From NCBI RefSeq assembly GCF_001194135.2, contig NC_068983.1, positions 92,182,236 through 92,246,235 of the forward strand: DNA of 64,000 nt, given 5' to 3'. Numbering within the stretch: the stretch's first letter is position 1; each line of letters starts with the position of its first letter. The DNA is from Octopus bimaculoides (lineage: Eukaryota). The notes below the pieces were generated by a model. That model worked only from the letters and a program-made list of their open reading frames with translations. It was not told the DNA's origin and made no database searches. This document shows, piece after piece, positions 1-12,373 of the stretch. The translations under genes and the position numbers were made by a program.

Positions 1-150
1 TGGCGTTAGGAAGGACATCCAGCTGTAGAAACTCTGCCAAATCAGATTGGAGCCTGGTGTAGCCATCTGGTTCACCAGTCCTCAGTCAAATCGTCCAACC
101 CATACTAGCATGGAAAGCAGACGTTAAACGATGATGATGATGATGATGAT
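1..150 (+). mobile_element. RTE LINE 3' UTR end (or RTE-tailed SINE) with (GAT)n tail
   Basis: TGGCGTTAGGAAGGACATCCAGCTGTAG...GACGTTAAACGATGATG recurs at about 1455-1590, 22720-22865 (reverse) and 62590-62752. At 22720-23430 it directly follows an RTE ORF stop. Confidence 0.8.
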
Positions 151-185
151 GCATACATACATAAGGCACTGCATGAGACAACAAT

Positions 186-1590
186 ACCAACTTTCACCTT
201 ACTGGCAGCATCCCTGTACATAGCATGACAGCTCTCACTAAACACTCATCTAGCCCTAGCTTCCACATTACTACCAGAAAGATGAAAGTTGGCAACAAAT
301 ATAGCAATGAATTCAGTGTATGGGTAGGAGTTCATCTAAGATCAATTCTCAGTCCCCACTTGTTTATTTTAGTCTTCCATGCCTTAACAGAGGAATTAAA
401 GACTGGCTGCCCCTGAGAGCTCTTCTAGCCTGATGTCTTTGTTCTTATAGCTGAATCACTACCTGACCTAGAGAAATTTCAGGTGTGGAAGCAAGGCCTG
501 AAATCTAAGGGCCTTAGAGTTAATTTAACTAAAACCAAAGTCCTAGTAAGTAGGAAAACAGACAAATCAGAAACCCCTTCAGGGAAATGGCCCTGCTTGA
601 TATGTAAGAAGGGTGTTGGAAGAAACTCCATATGTTGTACCCAGTGCAAGCTTTAGCCAAATAAGAAGTGTAGCAGTATTACAGGAAGGTTAACAAAGAA
701 AATAGTTTTGGTGTGTGGCAAATTTGCAGGTACAATAAGCACTAAAAATGTCAGATGTTCGAGGAGATCATTAGATCATTAGAAATAGTAGATAGCTTCT
801 GTTACTTGTTAGCAGTAGAGGAGGAAGTTCTGAAAGAGTAGTTGTTAGAATAAACATGGGCTGAACAAATTTCAGAGAGTTTCTACCTTTATTAGTAACT
901 AAGAGCCTTTCCCTCAAAGTAAAAGGCAGATTGAATGATACCTGTGTATGTACAGCTATGTCACATGGCAGTGAAACATGGGCTTTGACAACAGAAGTAT
1001 TATGATGGCTTGAAAGAAATGAAACAACATGCTCCTCTAGATGTATAATGTCAGTGTACACGTATCACAGAGTAAGTGATTTTAGAGGAAAGCTGGGTAT
1101 AAGAGACATCAGATGTTGTGTGCAAGGGAAAAGACTGTTCTAGTTTGGTCATGTGATGCATATGGATGAGGGCATCTGCATAAAGAAGTGCTGAACTCTA
1201 ATTGTGGAAGGAAGCTATGGAAGGGGTAGACCCAACAAGATGTGGGCTAGAGTGGTGAGAAAGGATCTTCAGACAGTGGGCCTCACTGAAGAAATGTCAA
1301 GGAATCAGGAGTTGTGTCAGTTTGTTGTACTTGAGAAGACTCTCCAAGCTAAATAAAATTGCTGTCATCTATAAATACAAGCTAGTCCTTTACAGGTGCC
1401 AGTGTCACAAAATGCACTCGTGCCAGATCTGCATAAATGCACACTTTGTAAAGTGGTTGGCATTAGGAAGGGTATCCATCTGTAGAAACCATATCGCAAC
1501 AAACAGCTGGAGTCTGAAGGACTCCCCAGCTGGCCGGCTCCTGTCAAACTATTCAACCCATGCCAGCATGGACATTAAATGATGATAATG
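186..1590 (+). mobile_element. Decayed 5'-truncated RTE LINE (RT C-terminal part plus 3' UTR) with an inverted 5' segment
   Basis: Frameshifted RT motifs (GVHLRSILSPHLF, SHGSETW, W.GHV..MDE, GRGRP..W) run into the same 3' UTR. Segment 186-265 encodes the preceding RT peptide on the minus strand. Confidence 0.8.
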
Positions 1591-1639
1591 ATAAACATAC
1601 ACACACACACATGCATGCGTGCGTGTGTGTGTGTGATGA

Positions 1640-3040
1640 GGAACCTGGTGGGACATCCAAGACACCCCAGAATTCACCATAGACCTTTTCCACTCAGTGT
1701 CAAATACCCTAGCATTGTTAACAAAGGTGATGTGAAGTTTCCTGCCTCACTGTCTGCACCCCCTGCCACATTGGTGGAACCCCATCTTCCCTGAAGCCAC
1801 AGCAAGACCCTGGGAGGTTCTGGCAAGAACTTTGTCTACAATGGAGAGTAAGGCTGTGGCTGGAGCAGTTAGACTTCTCTTCCTTGTTCTTATATAGGGT
1901 GATTATGACAGCATTGTAGAAATGCTGTATCTTGCCTTGCTCCCAACTGCAGACAAAATGCTTGTGGAGTTTTGAGTGCAGTGTTCTGTCACCACCCCTC
2001 CGTGTCTTAGGCAGGATTCCACCAACTCCTGCTGCCTATCCACTTTTCAGTTGCTCTTTGGCTTTGATTGTCTCTGGGGAGGGAATTTCATCCAGCTCTG
2101 ACTGAAAAGGCTGCTGTGGGATATGAAGCATTGCCATATCTTGGACTGAGTGGTTAGCCCTGAAGAGAGTTTGAAAGTGCTCTGACTACTGGTGCAAGTT
2201 GGAGGCCTTGTCTGTGAAAACATCTTTCTTTTTGCGCAATGAACTCTGGACCTGGTGTGTTGGACCATACACAGCTTTTTGGGCTTCATAAAACATCTTG
2301 TGGTTGCCAGTGTCTGTGCTGAACTGAGTTCTTTTGACAAGTTTTATCCATCTCTCATTTTTAATCTCTTGGAGTTTGCACTCACATTACTGAAAGGCTG
2401 CTTTCTTCTCAGGGTAGCATGGGTTTGCAAGGTGAGCACAGTGGGCAGATCTTTTCTTTGCTTGTAGTTTTTGGATTTCTTAGTTATTTTCATTTAACTT
2501 GTCCTTGTTCATTTTTGTGGAGAAGCCCAGTATTTCTTCAGAGGTTTTTCAGGATGGCTGTTTTTAGGTGTTCCAAAAGCACTTCAGGGAAGGGGTCTGT
2601 GGGATCTTTAACTGGAGGTTTGCCTGAAAGTTATCTTTCGCTTCAGCTGATAGCAGGATGCTCACCTGGAACCTTTTCCTTTGAGCTCCACCTCTCTTGG
2701 CCTTTGGTTTGAAGTAGAGACTGAGTTTGCAGGGACAAAACTATGGTCTGAGTGGCATATATCACTATACATCACTCTAGTGTGAAGAATTTCACTCTGG
2801 TCTCTTTTCTGTACTAGAATGTAATTTATGCTCGAGGATCAGCAGGCTGGGTTGGGTGCAGCAGTGGCCTTACTGAACCCTTTCCCATTAGCAATGGTGC
2901 TAGGTTGAGCTGCATCTTTACACTGACCTTTTCCATCATCTTCTCCAGTGTGGTGCTCCAGTGGGCCACTGGGGGCTCTGGTGATGGGAATGATTGTGGC
3001 ACATCACTTCTTACTTTGTGGAGGTTGCTCAGCACTATGG
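1640..3040 (-). mobile_element. Decayed RTE-BovB-like LINE with a large internal deletion
   Basis: Minus-strand peptides FYEAQKAVYGP, SEHFQTLF, AAGVGGI, IITLYKNKEEKSNCS are typical of the RTE-1/BovB ORF between the EN and RT domains. Many stops and frameshifts. Confidence 0.7.
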
Positions 3041-3960
3041 GGCCCAATGTTCGAAGGTCATTCTTCACCTCATCTCATGTCTTCCTGGGTCTACCTTTTC
3101 TACAGGTTCCTTCCACAGTTAGGGTGTGGCACTTCCTCACACAGGTGTCCTCATCCATATGTAACACATGACCATACCAGTGCAGTCGTCTCTCTTGCAC
3201 ACCAGATTTGATGCTTCTTATGTCCAACTTTTCTCTCAGGGCGCTCACATTCTGTTGTGTATACACACTGACATTACACATTCAGCGGATCATACTAACT
3301 TCATTTCTTTTAAGCCTACGCATGTCTTCAGCAGTCATGACCCATGTTTCACTGCCATGTAGCATGGCAGTTCGCACGCATGCATCATACAGTCTACCTT
3401 TCATCCTGAGTGAGAGGCTCTTAGTTGCCTGCAGAGATAGAAGCTCCTTGAACTTTATCCAGGCTATTCTTATTCTAGCCACTACACTCTCAGAGCAACT
3501 ACCCCCACTACAGACTTGGTCACCTAGGTAGCTATCAAATTGATGGAGTTACAATGTATATCCAGGAACATGTCTCACCTGTAATCATGCTGTCATCACG
3601 TTCGGATAGTGCTTTTTACGTGTCATTGGCATGGGAGCCAGTCGGGGTACTGGCATCAGCCATGTTTGGATGGTGCTTTTTATATGCTGTCAGCTACTAG
3701 TTTTTCTCCCTGGCATGTGATGGAATCTGTTTTCTGTACATCTTCAGGGTTTAAACCCTGTGCATCTGCCACACACAAAAAATGTCTTCCTGGTTAAATT
3801 TCCTTTGATATTGCTGCACCTTTTATCTGTCCATAGCTTATACCGGGTACATTGTATGGAGTTTCTACCCATGCCTTTTGTACAGATCGAGCAAGGCCAT
3901 CTACCTGAAGGGGTTTGTGATTTGTCAGCCTTCCTACTTACATATATACTACACATATTA
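3040..3960 (-). mobile_element. Decayed RTE LINE 3' coding fragment
   Basis: ORFs 3075-3281, 3282-3482 and 3744-3956 give WPCSICTKGMGRNSI, KGRLYDACVRTAMLHGSETW and RRLHWYGHV. Same family as 16460-18830. Confidence 0.85.
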
Positions 3961-3974
3961 TGTATATATTTATA

Positions 3975-4009
<35 letters not shown>

Positions 4010-5544
4010 GTATATGTGTATGTGTATGTGTGTGTGTGGTAACTTTTTGAAACCTGCATAATTTGTTAATAAAATTTTCTACATATATGTCTCAGGTGGT
4101 ATAGATTACAATTATATTAGAATTTGTCATGTAAAGCATTTTTCTCTCTCTTTTAAATACACTCAAAGGCAGCCAGTCCTCAACGTGGTTGTTTAGTATG
4201 CTAGAAATAGTAGTTATTAAGCATAAAAAAACAGCCACTATTCTGCTCTCCTAATATGCCGCAAAGGGGAAAAAAATGCATTGCAGTGTACTAGGAGCTG
4301 GGATTACTTGATAGCACTGGAAAAAATATGAGAAAGTGTATTAGGAGATGAGATCAGTAGATAACACAAGGAAAAAATAAAACGAAGAAAAACCATTATT
4401 TCTCACTGAAATCGAGTTGAGTGTTGTTAAACTATAAATTTAAACTATATCTAAACTACGCCTTTTAAAAATATTCTGGCAAAAATCAGAAAGAAATTTT
4501 ACAAGATCCCAAAGAAACTTTTATTTGTTGCATGTTGTTATGCTAAAAGAGATATACATAAAATGCAAATTAATAATAATTATTAATTAGAATTTTTTGG
4601 AAGCTGGTTATAAACTTACTGATTATTTTTTTGTAGAAGCTCTGTTGTAAGACACAGTACTGTCTGTGTGGCAAGAACTTTGTTTCTTAGTTATATGTTT
4701 CTGGATTTAGCACCAGTGTGTGACACCAAATGTCTTGCCCTATAGCCCCGTGTGCGCGTGTGTAGCTGTTTGTTCAAAACCTGAATGGGTGCTATTTCAA
4801 AGAGATTTCCTCTTTTAAACAAGAGAAAAGAAATTTTATCTCATCTGCCCCATCTTTCTCACTCCCACTATACATATACACATGCTTGCATGTGTCTGAG
4901 TATACAATTCCCCACAAAATAAAAATACATATGCATAGAATCATACACATAAATACAAAGACCTCAACCAAACCACTATCAAAAATAATTGAACTTTCAA
5001 CCTTTAACCATTGTAGCCAAAATACTGAGTACTGAATTCTTTTACACATTCACACTCCTTTAGCATTTTACTTTTTTTAATACATACATACAGACAGACA
5101 GAATTCACTTTATTGAAGTAATAAAGTTTCCCCCAAATTAAAGATACACACACACACACATATATATATAAAATACACTTTATTGAAATAAAATGTTTCC
5201 CCCAAATTAAACATATTTATAGAAACTAACATACACAAACATATGCACACATATATACATACAATTCACTCATACATACTCTCACAGACACACAAATATT
5301 TTACCCAAACATCCCCATAAACACTCCAAAACATTCACGTACAAACATACATATTGTCCTTTACACTAAAAATACACTTAATTTTTTCAAATTCAGCAGC
5401 TGACAGAAGCAATTTTGAATGAATGGGCTTGTGTTGCTAAAGTGTAGAAAGTATGTTTTTTTCTTTTTTTTGAAAAACCATGTAGAATTTTTTAAAAGAT
5501 TTCAGGGAGACCACCTTTATGAAATGTCACAGTATAGAATGTGG

Positions 5545-5607
5545 CCCTCTTGAACATGGGGGCCTAGTTGGGTGCAATCGGTCCAGTTGGCTTAAGGCTG
5601 GCCCCGA
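5545..5607. mobile_element. Isolated hAT-like terminal fragment
   Basis: The reverse complement begins CGGGGCCAGCCTTAAG with GGCCCC subterminal motifs, similar to the terminus at 6025. No partner end found. Confidence 0.35.
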
Positions 5608-5759
5608 CAGTACTTTTCAGTCTGTTTAAATGTATCCTCATTAGTAGAAAACCTCAAAATATAGAGTGAGATATATGTAATAATAAAATTAATTATATTT
5701 TTAGGATGATTAGAATTTTTACTTTGGTATCTTGAGGATTTATTTGGTTTATAGTATGA

Positions 5760-6024
5760 TATATCCCTGTGCTCCTTGGTGAGGGCTCCTTTGACTGCTA
5801 CAGCTTGGTTTCAGCATTTTAAGAATTCATGTAATCATTATCCCAATTTTCCAACTATGCTAAATCTCTACAGCTTGTGACATATCCTCTGATTAACCTT
5901 GTCAAAAGCCTTTGTAAAATCAAGACATATTTCATTTATATTTGAATTATTCATTAGTTGTTTCAGTCATAATGCTGCAGAATCTGTGTGAGACAGCTTC
6001 TCTTTGGGAAGAAGCCATGCAAGG
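5760..6024 (-). mobile_element. CR1-type LINE RT fragment (downstream part of the split copy)
   Basis: Minus-strand HGFFPKRSCLTQILQHYD...YLDFTKAFDKV. Joins 12374 in frame once the hAT insertion is removed. Confidence 0.85.
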
Positions 6025-9000
6025 CAGGGCTGGATTTATGGGTAGGGGGGCAATTGCCCCAGGCATCTAGATATTGGTGGAGGGCCACTACTAGGAAGGA
6101 TATGTAGCACTCGATATAGGAAGGCCCTCTCCATCTCCCAGCAATTAGGCATGAAGAGGTTCTCTTTCAATACACAAAGGTGTCTTGACTTCTTAAAAAA
6201 AGTAATGGATTCTCTTTTATGATAGCCACTTTAGAGACATCAAATAATTCAGTTAAAAAACAGTTTATAGTCCCAAAGCACTTATAATTCTGAAGGAAAT
6301 TTGTAGCTGCTTTTGGGATAGAAAAGGGAAACAGCAGAGTACTCCTGAAAATGTATGTATGTATGCACCTGTGAATCTGTGTGTGTGTGTGTAAGTATAT
6401 ATAAATTTATATAAAGATAAAGAGATTGATAGAAAAATGTTATTGTCTCTTGGCCCAAATTCTTTCAATGTATGACTGGGCTTGACCTTGGCTTGCCCAA
6501 TAGTGGTTAAAGGAACAGACACACACACACACATTTCTAATTCTGAACTTATTTCAGTGAGACTTTGAAAGCAAGTAAGTAAAGAAAACTTTTGAGTTTA
6601 GTTTTAATTATAAAATCACATCTTTCAACAGCTAAAAGCATTCTTTTTCAGGTTTAGAATTATTGCATATATATTCAAATGTTTCTTAAAATTGAACCTT
6701 TTCCTTATTTTTTATATATTTTTTGTCATTCTGTCAAACACTTGCAATTAGTATATGGAAGTGGGGCAAAATTGGTAACTGGGTTGAAATCAATATTTTC
6801 TGATTTCTTGTTATTTTCTCTTATTTTGTACCATTGCATCATCTTTGGGAGTAAAATTTTGTCAGTACAGGTTACATAGTTGAGAGTAAAAATTGGTCAG
6901 TATAGTATTGTTATTGCAGTTGAAAGTTTGAAACATAGGTGACAGGTACTATTTTCAAGAAACTTTTTCTCAAATTTGACCCAATTGTAATTAAGATAAC
7001 TAATAAAATATCTGGATAATTTTTGGTGAAGAAGCTATAAAAATATCTTATGTTGAATTTTTAGATTTAGTTGAGTTTCACTAATTTAATATTGAGTGAT
7101 TTTTTCATAATCCTCTTTCATTTGACCACGATATTTTAAATTTTGTTACATTTCCGATGTCTAAGGATGGATGTTTATGTGTCTGACTTTTTTTTTTTTT
7201 TTTTCAATTTAATTTTGAAGAACTGAAACCTTGTCATGTCTTACCCATTTTGTCCCAATAAATTTGACTTTTATATGCTCAAAGAGAACAAAGATAATTT
7301 TCTGAAATCATGTTCTGAATATGTTATAGATTTTACTGTATTTAGAGAAGGTCTTTACTTTGCTGATATAGTTTTGGCAAGGTGGTGAGCATTTTAAAAA
7401 ACATGTATTCTCTTCAAAGTCAAAAATGTAGTAAATATTACTCATTGTGCCCCGCCTACTCTTACTTGAAACTGGAAAAGCAGACTTTCGCAAATAGCTG
7501 TTTGAATTCCCTGTTTTTGTTGGGATTGTGGTGTTATGGGCTGTGATGAGCTATGATGAGCTAGCTATGTGGTGTTGGTGGAGAGGATTGTAGATGAGGC
7601 AAACGGAAGTGAAAACTGCAGGGGCTGGTGGAAGAGGGACAGGCAGGCATGACACCGAGTATATGTGTGCAGTTCGAGCAGAGATGGTGCGTGTTAAAGG
7701 TCGTGTTTTGATCTGGTCAGTGATCACTCATCTCGCTACGGGCGACAGGTAAGGTCGCTGTATTCCTTTCTCCCTTTTGCTTCTTGTTCTGTTGTCTTTT
7801 TCCTCCATCACGCTACAAGCTATTTCAGCCCATAACAAAAAGATCGGNNNNNNNNNNNNNNNNNNNNNNNNNNNNNNNNNNNNNNNNNNNNNNNNNNNNN
7901 NNNNNNNNNNNNNNNNNNNNNNNNNNNNNNNNNNNNNNNNNNNNNNNNNNNNNNNNNNNNNNNNNNNNNNNNNNNNNNNNNNNNNNNNNNNNNNNNNNNN
8001 NNNNNNNNNNNNNNNNNNNNNNNNNNNNNNNNNNNNNNNNNNNNNNNNNNNNNNNNNNNNNNNNNNNNNNNNNNNNNNNNNNNNNNNNNNNNNNNNNNNN
8101 NNNNNNNNNNNNNNNNNNNNNNNNNNNNNNNNNNNNNNNNNNNNNNNNNNNNNNNNNNNNNNNNNNNNNNNNNNNNNNNNNNNNNNNNNNNNNNNNNNNN
8201 NNNNNNNNNNNNNNNNNNNNNNNNNNNNNNNNNNNNNNNNNNNNNNNNNNNNNNNNNNNNNNNNNNNNNNNNNNNNNNNNNNNNNNNNNNNNNNNNNNNN
8301 NNNNNNNNNNNNNNNNNNNNNNNNNNNNNNNNNNNNNNNNNNNNNNNNNNNNNNNNNNNNNNNNNNNNNNNNNNNAAGTTGCAAAAGCTGCCGAACATCA
8401 ACTCAATGGCGATGGCAGATATTATAACTTGGGCTCGCGTGCTAGTTTTGTGTTGCAGGACGCCGCCAGTAGCATCAACTGCAACAACGAAAAGTGGCTG
8501 AGCAAGGAGTAGTGGAGAGGGGTCAAACAAGGAACGTGTGTGACCATTCAAAGGACAGTGTTTCCGGTGTCAGGGCTGTACGACAACCCTGATGATTCCA
8601 GGAGAGACATGGAGTGGAGAAAGCAGTGTGAGGGCAGTCGACGGAAGAGAGGTACACTGTGAAGGCATTACAGATGTGCAGATTGTGGAACAAAGCTGAC
8701 GCTGCAAGCAATTGTACTTGGCCACTTGGTGGACGAAATTGATGTGGTGATGGGGATGGATGCAATCACCCATTTAGGAGGTGTCACTGTCAACGAGGCC
8801 TGTGTAACATCCGGGGTTGCGGGGAAACCATGTATGGCGAGACCGTGCATTGGTGAGAACCGTGAAGAAAACTATGCTGCGCACACCATTGAAGACCAGG
8901 ACTTTCTTGCTGTCTTCGATGGCCAGAGGTGGACAGTGGAGTGGCACTGGAAGGGAGAGCTCCCGACGTTAAAAAATAAAGTGGGCTGCTATCAGCATAC

Positions 9001-12000
9001 TTTGAAAGGAGTTGCCAGAAGCGAGTTCGAGGGGGAGGTGGAGCGGTGGATTAAGGAGGGCATATTGATCCCTTGGGAAGAAGAAGTAGAGAGCGGAGTC
9101 CTGCTGCTGATGGCGGTGGTACAGCCCACAAAGGATAATGTCAGACCAGTGCTTGACTTCTGAGAGCTGAATGACCACATATCATGTCATACGGGCGGTG
9201 AAGCCACAGATGTCTGCAGGGACACCTTGCGAGAGTGGAGGCAGATGACAGGGGCCTCCACGATCATTGATTTGAAGTTGGCATACCTGCAGGTGCATGT
9301 GGCTGAGGGACTGTGGAAGCATCAGCTTGTCAGGTATAAGGGCTGGACATATCTGTCTGACCAGGCTGGGTTTTGGGCTAAATTCAGCACCAAAGATTAT
9401 GGCAACAATTCTCAAGGCCATCCTGGGAAAGGTGGACAGAGTAAAAAGGGCCACCAATTCGTACATCGTTGACATCCTTGTGGATGAAGCCATAATGCCA
9501 GCAATGGAGGTCATAGGCCACCTGAAGAGTTTTGGACTGATTGCCAAGCTGCCAGAGGCCATAGAGGGAGGCGCTGAAATGGGCCTCAAGCTATGGAGAG
9601 ACAAGGCCTGCGCATTGGTGTTTCGGCGAGGGAATGAGATCCCCGAACTGGGCAACAACATGAGTAGACGGGAACTGTTCTCGGTGAGTAGGAAGCTGGT
9701 GGGACACTACTCGGTTGCAGGATGGCTCTGGACAGCATGTAGCTTTATCAAGAGATGAGCTGAAAGAGCAAAGTGGAATGATAAAATGGGGGAGAAGACG
9801 ACCGACATGATGCAGGAAGTCTTGGTCAGAGTGAGAGCAGAGGATCCAGTGAGGGGCAGTTGGTATGTTCCCAAATCAAAGAGTGGGATCGTATGGTGTG
9901 ACGCCAGTAGCATCGCAATAGGGATTGTCTTAGAAATGGGAGGCGTCATGGTGGAAGAAGCAGCCTGGCTCAGGAAGACGGATGAATGCAGCCTTATCAA
10001 TGTGGCAGAGTTGGATGCCGTGTTGAAGGGGGTGAACCTGGCCTTGAAGTGGGGGCTGTGCACCATAGAAATTAGGACCAATTCGGCCACTGCGCTTGGT
10101 TGGGTGATGGCAGTCATCACCAGTGAGCAGAGGGTGCGAATCAAAGGGGCTACAGAGATGTTGGTAAAGCATCGATTGGGGATACTGCATGAACTAACCG
10201 CAGAGTTCGATCTGAAGCTGAGCGTGATCTTTGTGCCTTCCAAAAAGAACAGGGCAGACGTCCTGACCAGGGTAAAGCAAAGTCTGGTTGCAGGTGCAAG
10301 AGGATGCGGAGAAGGCTGTGGCTGCAGTATGCTGTCTGAGTGACTCGGAGCTGAAGAGACTGCATACCATGCATCACATGGGAGTGGACAGGACATTGTT
10401 CCTAGCCAGGAAAGTCGACTCTGATGTAACAAGACGGAGTGTGCAGAGAGTGGTTAGCAGCTGCGACAGGTGCCAGTCTATCGACCCTGCTTTGGGCGTA
10501 CATGAGGCAGGAAGTATTCCAGTGCACCACAACTGGAAACGACTGGCAGTGGACATAACATACTACCGGCAGGGGTCGTACCTCTCAATAGTTGACTGCG
10601 GACCGGGGCGGTTGGCCATATGGAGGGAGATGAAGACGGGGACTGCAGAGGAAATTGCAAGAGTATTAAATGAGATATTCCTGAAACGAGGCCCCGTGGA
10701 TGAGCTGCTTCTGGATAATGGCATTGTATTTCGCTCGGAGGTGCTGAAAGAAATGCTTGATGAATGGTAGGTCGGCTGCTTCTTCAGAGCGGCATACCGA
10801 CCAAGTGGAAATGGAGTGGTGGAAAGGCATCATCGTACCATCAAGACCGTGGTAGAGAGGGGCCACATTTCACCAATCGAGGCCGTATTTTGGTACAATA
10901 TGTCGCCCAGGTCAGGACAGGCTGAGGAGTCGGTGTCACATAGGGCAATATTCAGGTACGAGTGGAGGCATCCGTGTACTGCATCAATGCGACCCAGGGG
11001 AGAGGAATAGCACACCTTTGTGCAGGTCGGGGAAGAAGTTTGGGTAAAAACCCCAAATGCATGGTATACATCACAATGGGGAAAAGGAACAATAACCTCC
11101 ATCAATTCGAAGAACAACGTGTCTGTCTATGGTATGTCACACCATGTTTTGGATGTGTGAAAGATTGTCATTGCCTCAGAGTATGAAACCAGCAGCAGTG
11201 GGCAAGAAGATGAAGACAGCAGCAGTAGGCAAGATGATGAAGCCAGCAGCAGTGTACCAGGAACTCAGGCCAGTCCCGGGGTTGCACAGTGACCACAGAG
11301 GGAGCGGCGCCCTCTTCCCTGGTTGACTAATTATGAAACCAATTAAGGTGTGAGTTCGGGAGCAAGGATAGAGTGGGAAAGCCGGTTGAGTGATCTGTAG
11401 ATCAGTGGGGCGTGTGGTGTTATGGGCTGTGATGAGCTATGTGGTGTTGGTGGAGAGAATTGCAGATAGGCAAATGGAAGTGAAAACTGCAGGGGCNNNN
11501 NNNNNNNNNNNNNNNNNNNNNNNNNNNNNNNNNNNNNNNNNNNNNNNNNNNNNNNNNNNNNNNNNNNNNNNNNNNNNNNNNNNNNNNNNNNNNNNNNNNN
11601 NNNNNNNNNNNNNNNNNNNNNNNNNNNNNNNNNNNNNNNNNNNNNNNNNNNNNNNNNNNNNNNNNNNNNNNNNNNNNNNNNNNNNNNNNNNNNNNNNNNN
11701 NNNNNNNNNNNNNNNNNNNNNNNNNNNNNNNNNNNNNNNNNNNNNNNNNNNNNNNNNNNNNNNNNNNNNNNNNNNNNNNNNNNNNNNNNNNNNNNNNNNN
11801 NNNNNNNNNNNNNNNNNNNNNNNNNNNNNNNNNNNNNNNNNNNNNNNNNNNNNNNNNNNNNNNNNNNNNNNNNNNNNNNNNNNNNNNNNNNNNNNNNNNN
11901 NNNNNNNNNNNNNNNNNNNNNNNNNNNNNNNNNNNNNNNNNNNNNNNNNNNNNNNNNNNNNNNNNNNNNNNNNNNGGACAGCAATAATCACAAAAAATGA

Positions 12001-12373
12001 TTTTCTATTTTGTAATTTTCTGTCATTTTATCTTATTCTACATTCTGATACATGTAACTCACATTAAAAGAAAAAAAAATCTTACCCCACTCTTCCCTCT
12101 TTCATTGTGCTTTTCACAATGAAGAAAAAAATCAAACACTGCAAGTGGATGTGTGAAAAATGAAACTTGAATTCTTTGATAAAGTGTATCTATAAAGCAA
12201 CACTTTTAGTCATTTATTTAAACTTTCTCTGCTAACTCATCAAATTCAATTATTTGAAATAGATGGGTTTTGAGATTTAAATTTGATAATTTTCTAAGAT
12301 TTTAATTCTTGTGTATAAGGGGCCCACTGAACTTGAAGTGCTCTGGGCCCCCCATGGTTTAAATCCGGTCCTG
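6025..12373. mobile_element. hAT-superfamily DNA transposon (no recognisable transposase), carrying a nested LTR element
   Basis: TIRs CAGGGCTGGATTTA (6025) and TAAATCCGGTCCTG (ending 12373). Perfect 8-bp TSD ATGCAAGG at 6017-6024 and 12374-12381. An 8-bp TSD is the established hAT signature. Confidence 0.9.
7527..11975 (+). mobile_element. Gypsy-type LTR retrotransposon (decayed PR-RT-RH-IN) with two LTRs
   Basis: 5' LTR 7527-7817 (TGTGG...CTACA). 3' LTR starts at 11413 after a purine tract (AGTGGGGCG) and runs into a gap. RT motifs VRPVLDF, IDLKLAYLQ, TRLGFGLNSAP; RNase H WCDASS and NVAELDA; integrase HHCC, LAVDI, LLDNG, NGVVERHHRTIK. Domain order is PR-RT-RH-IN. The right end is hidden in Ns. 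Confidence 0.9.

Noticed and set aside
7745-7756. CAG|GTAAGG donor within the sense LTR as an alternative first exon of scrib
   Set aside because: It lies 31 kb from the next exon, and nothing beyond the motif supports it.
7728-8551. Long ORFs in the track here and at 11343-12067, 54216-55159 and 61408-62670
   Set aside because: They are long only because they run through N gaps.
11976-11985. TSD of the LTR element (GGAT left of 7527 versus GGAC after the gap)
   Set aside because: The 3' LTR end is hidden in Ns, so the match cannot be established.
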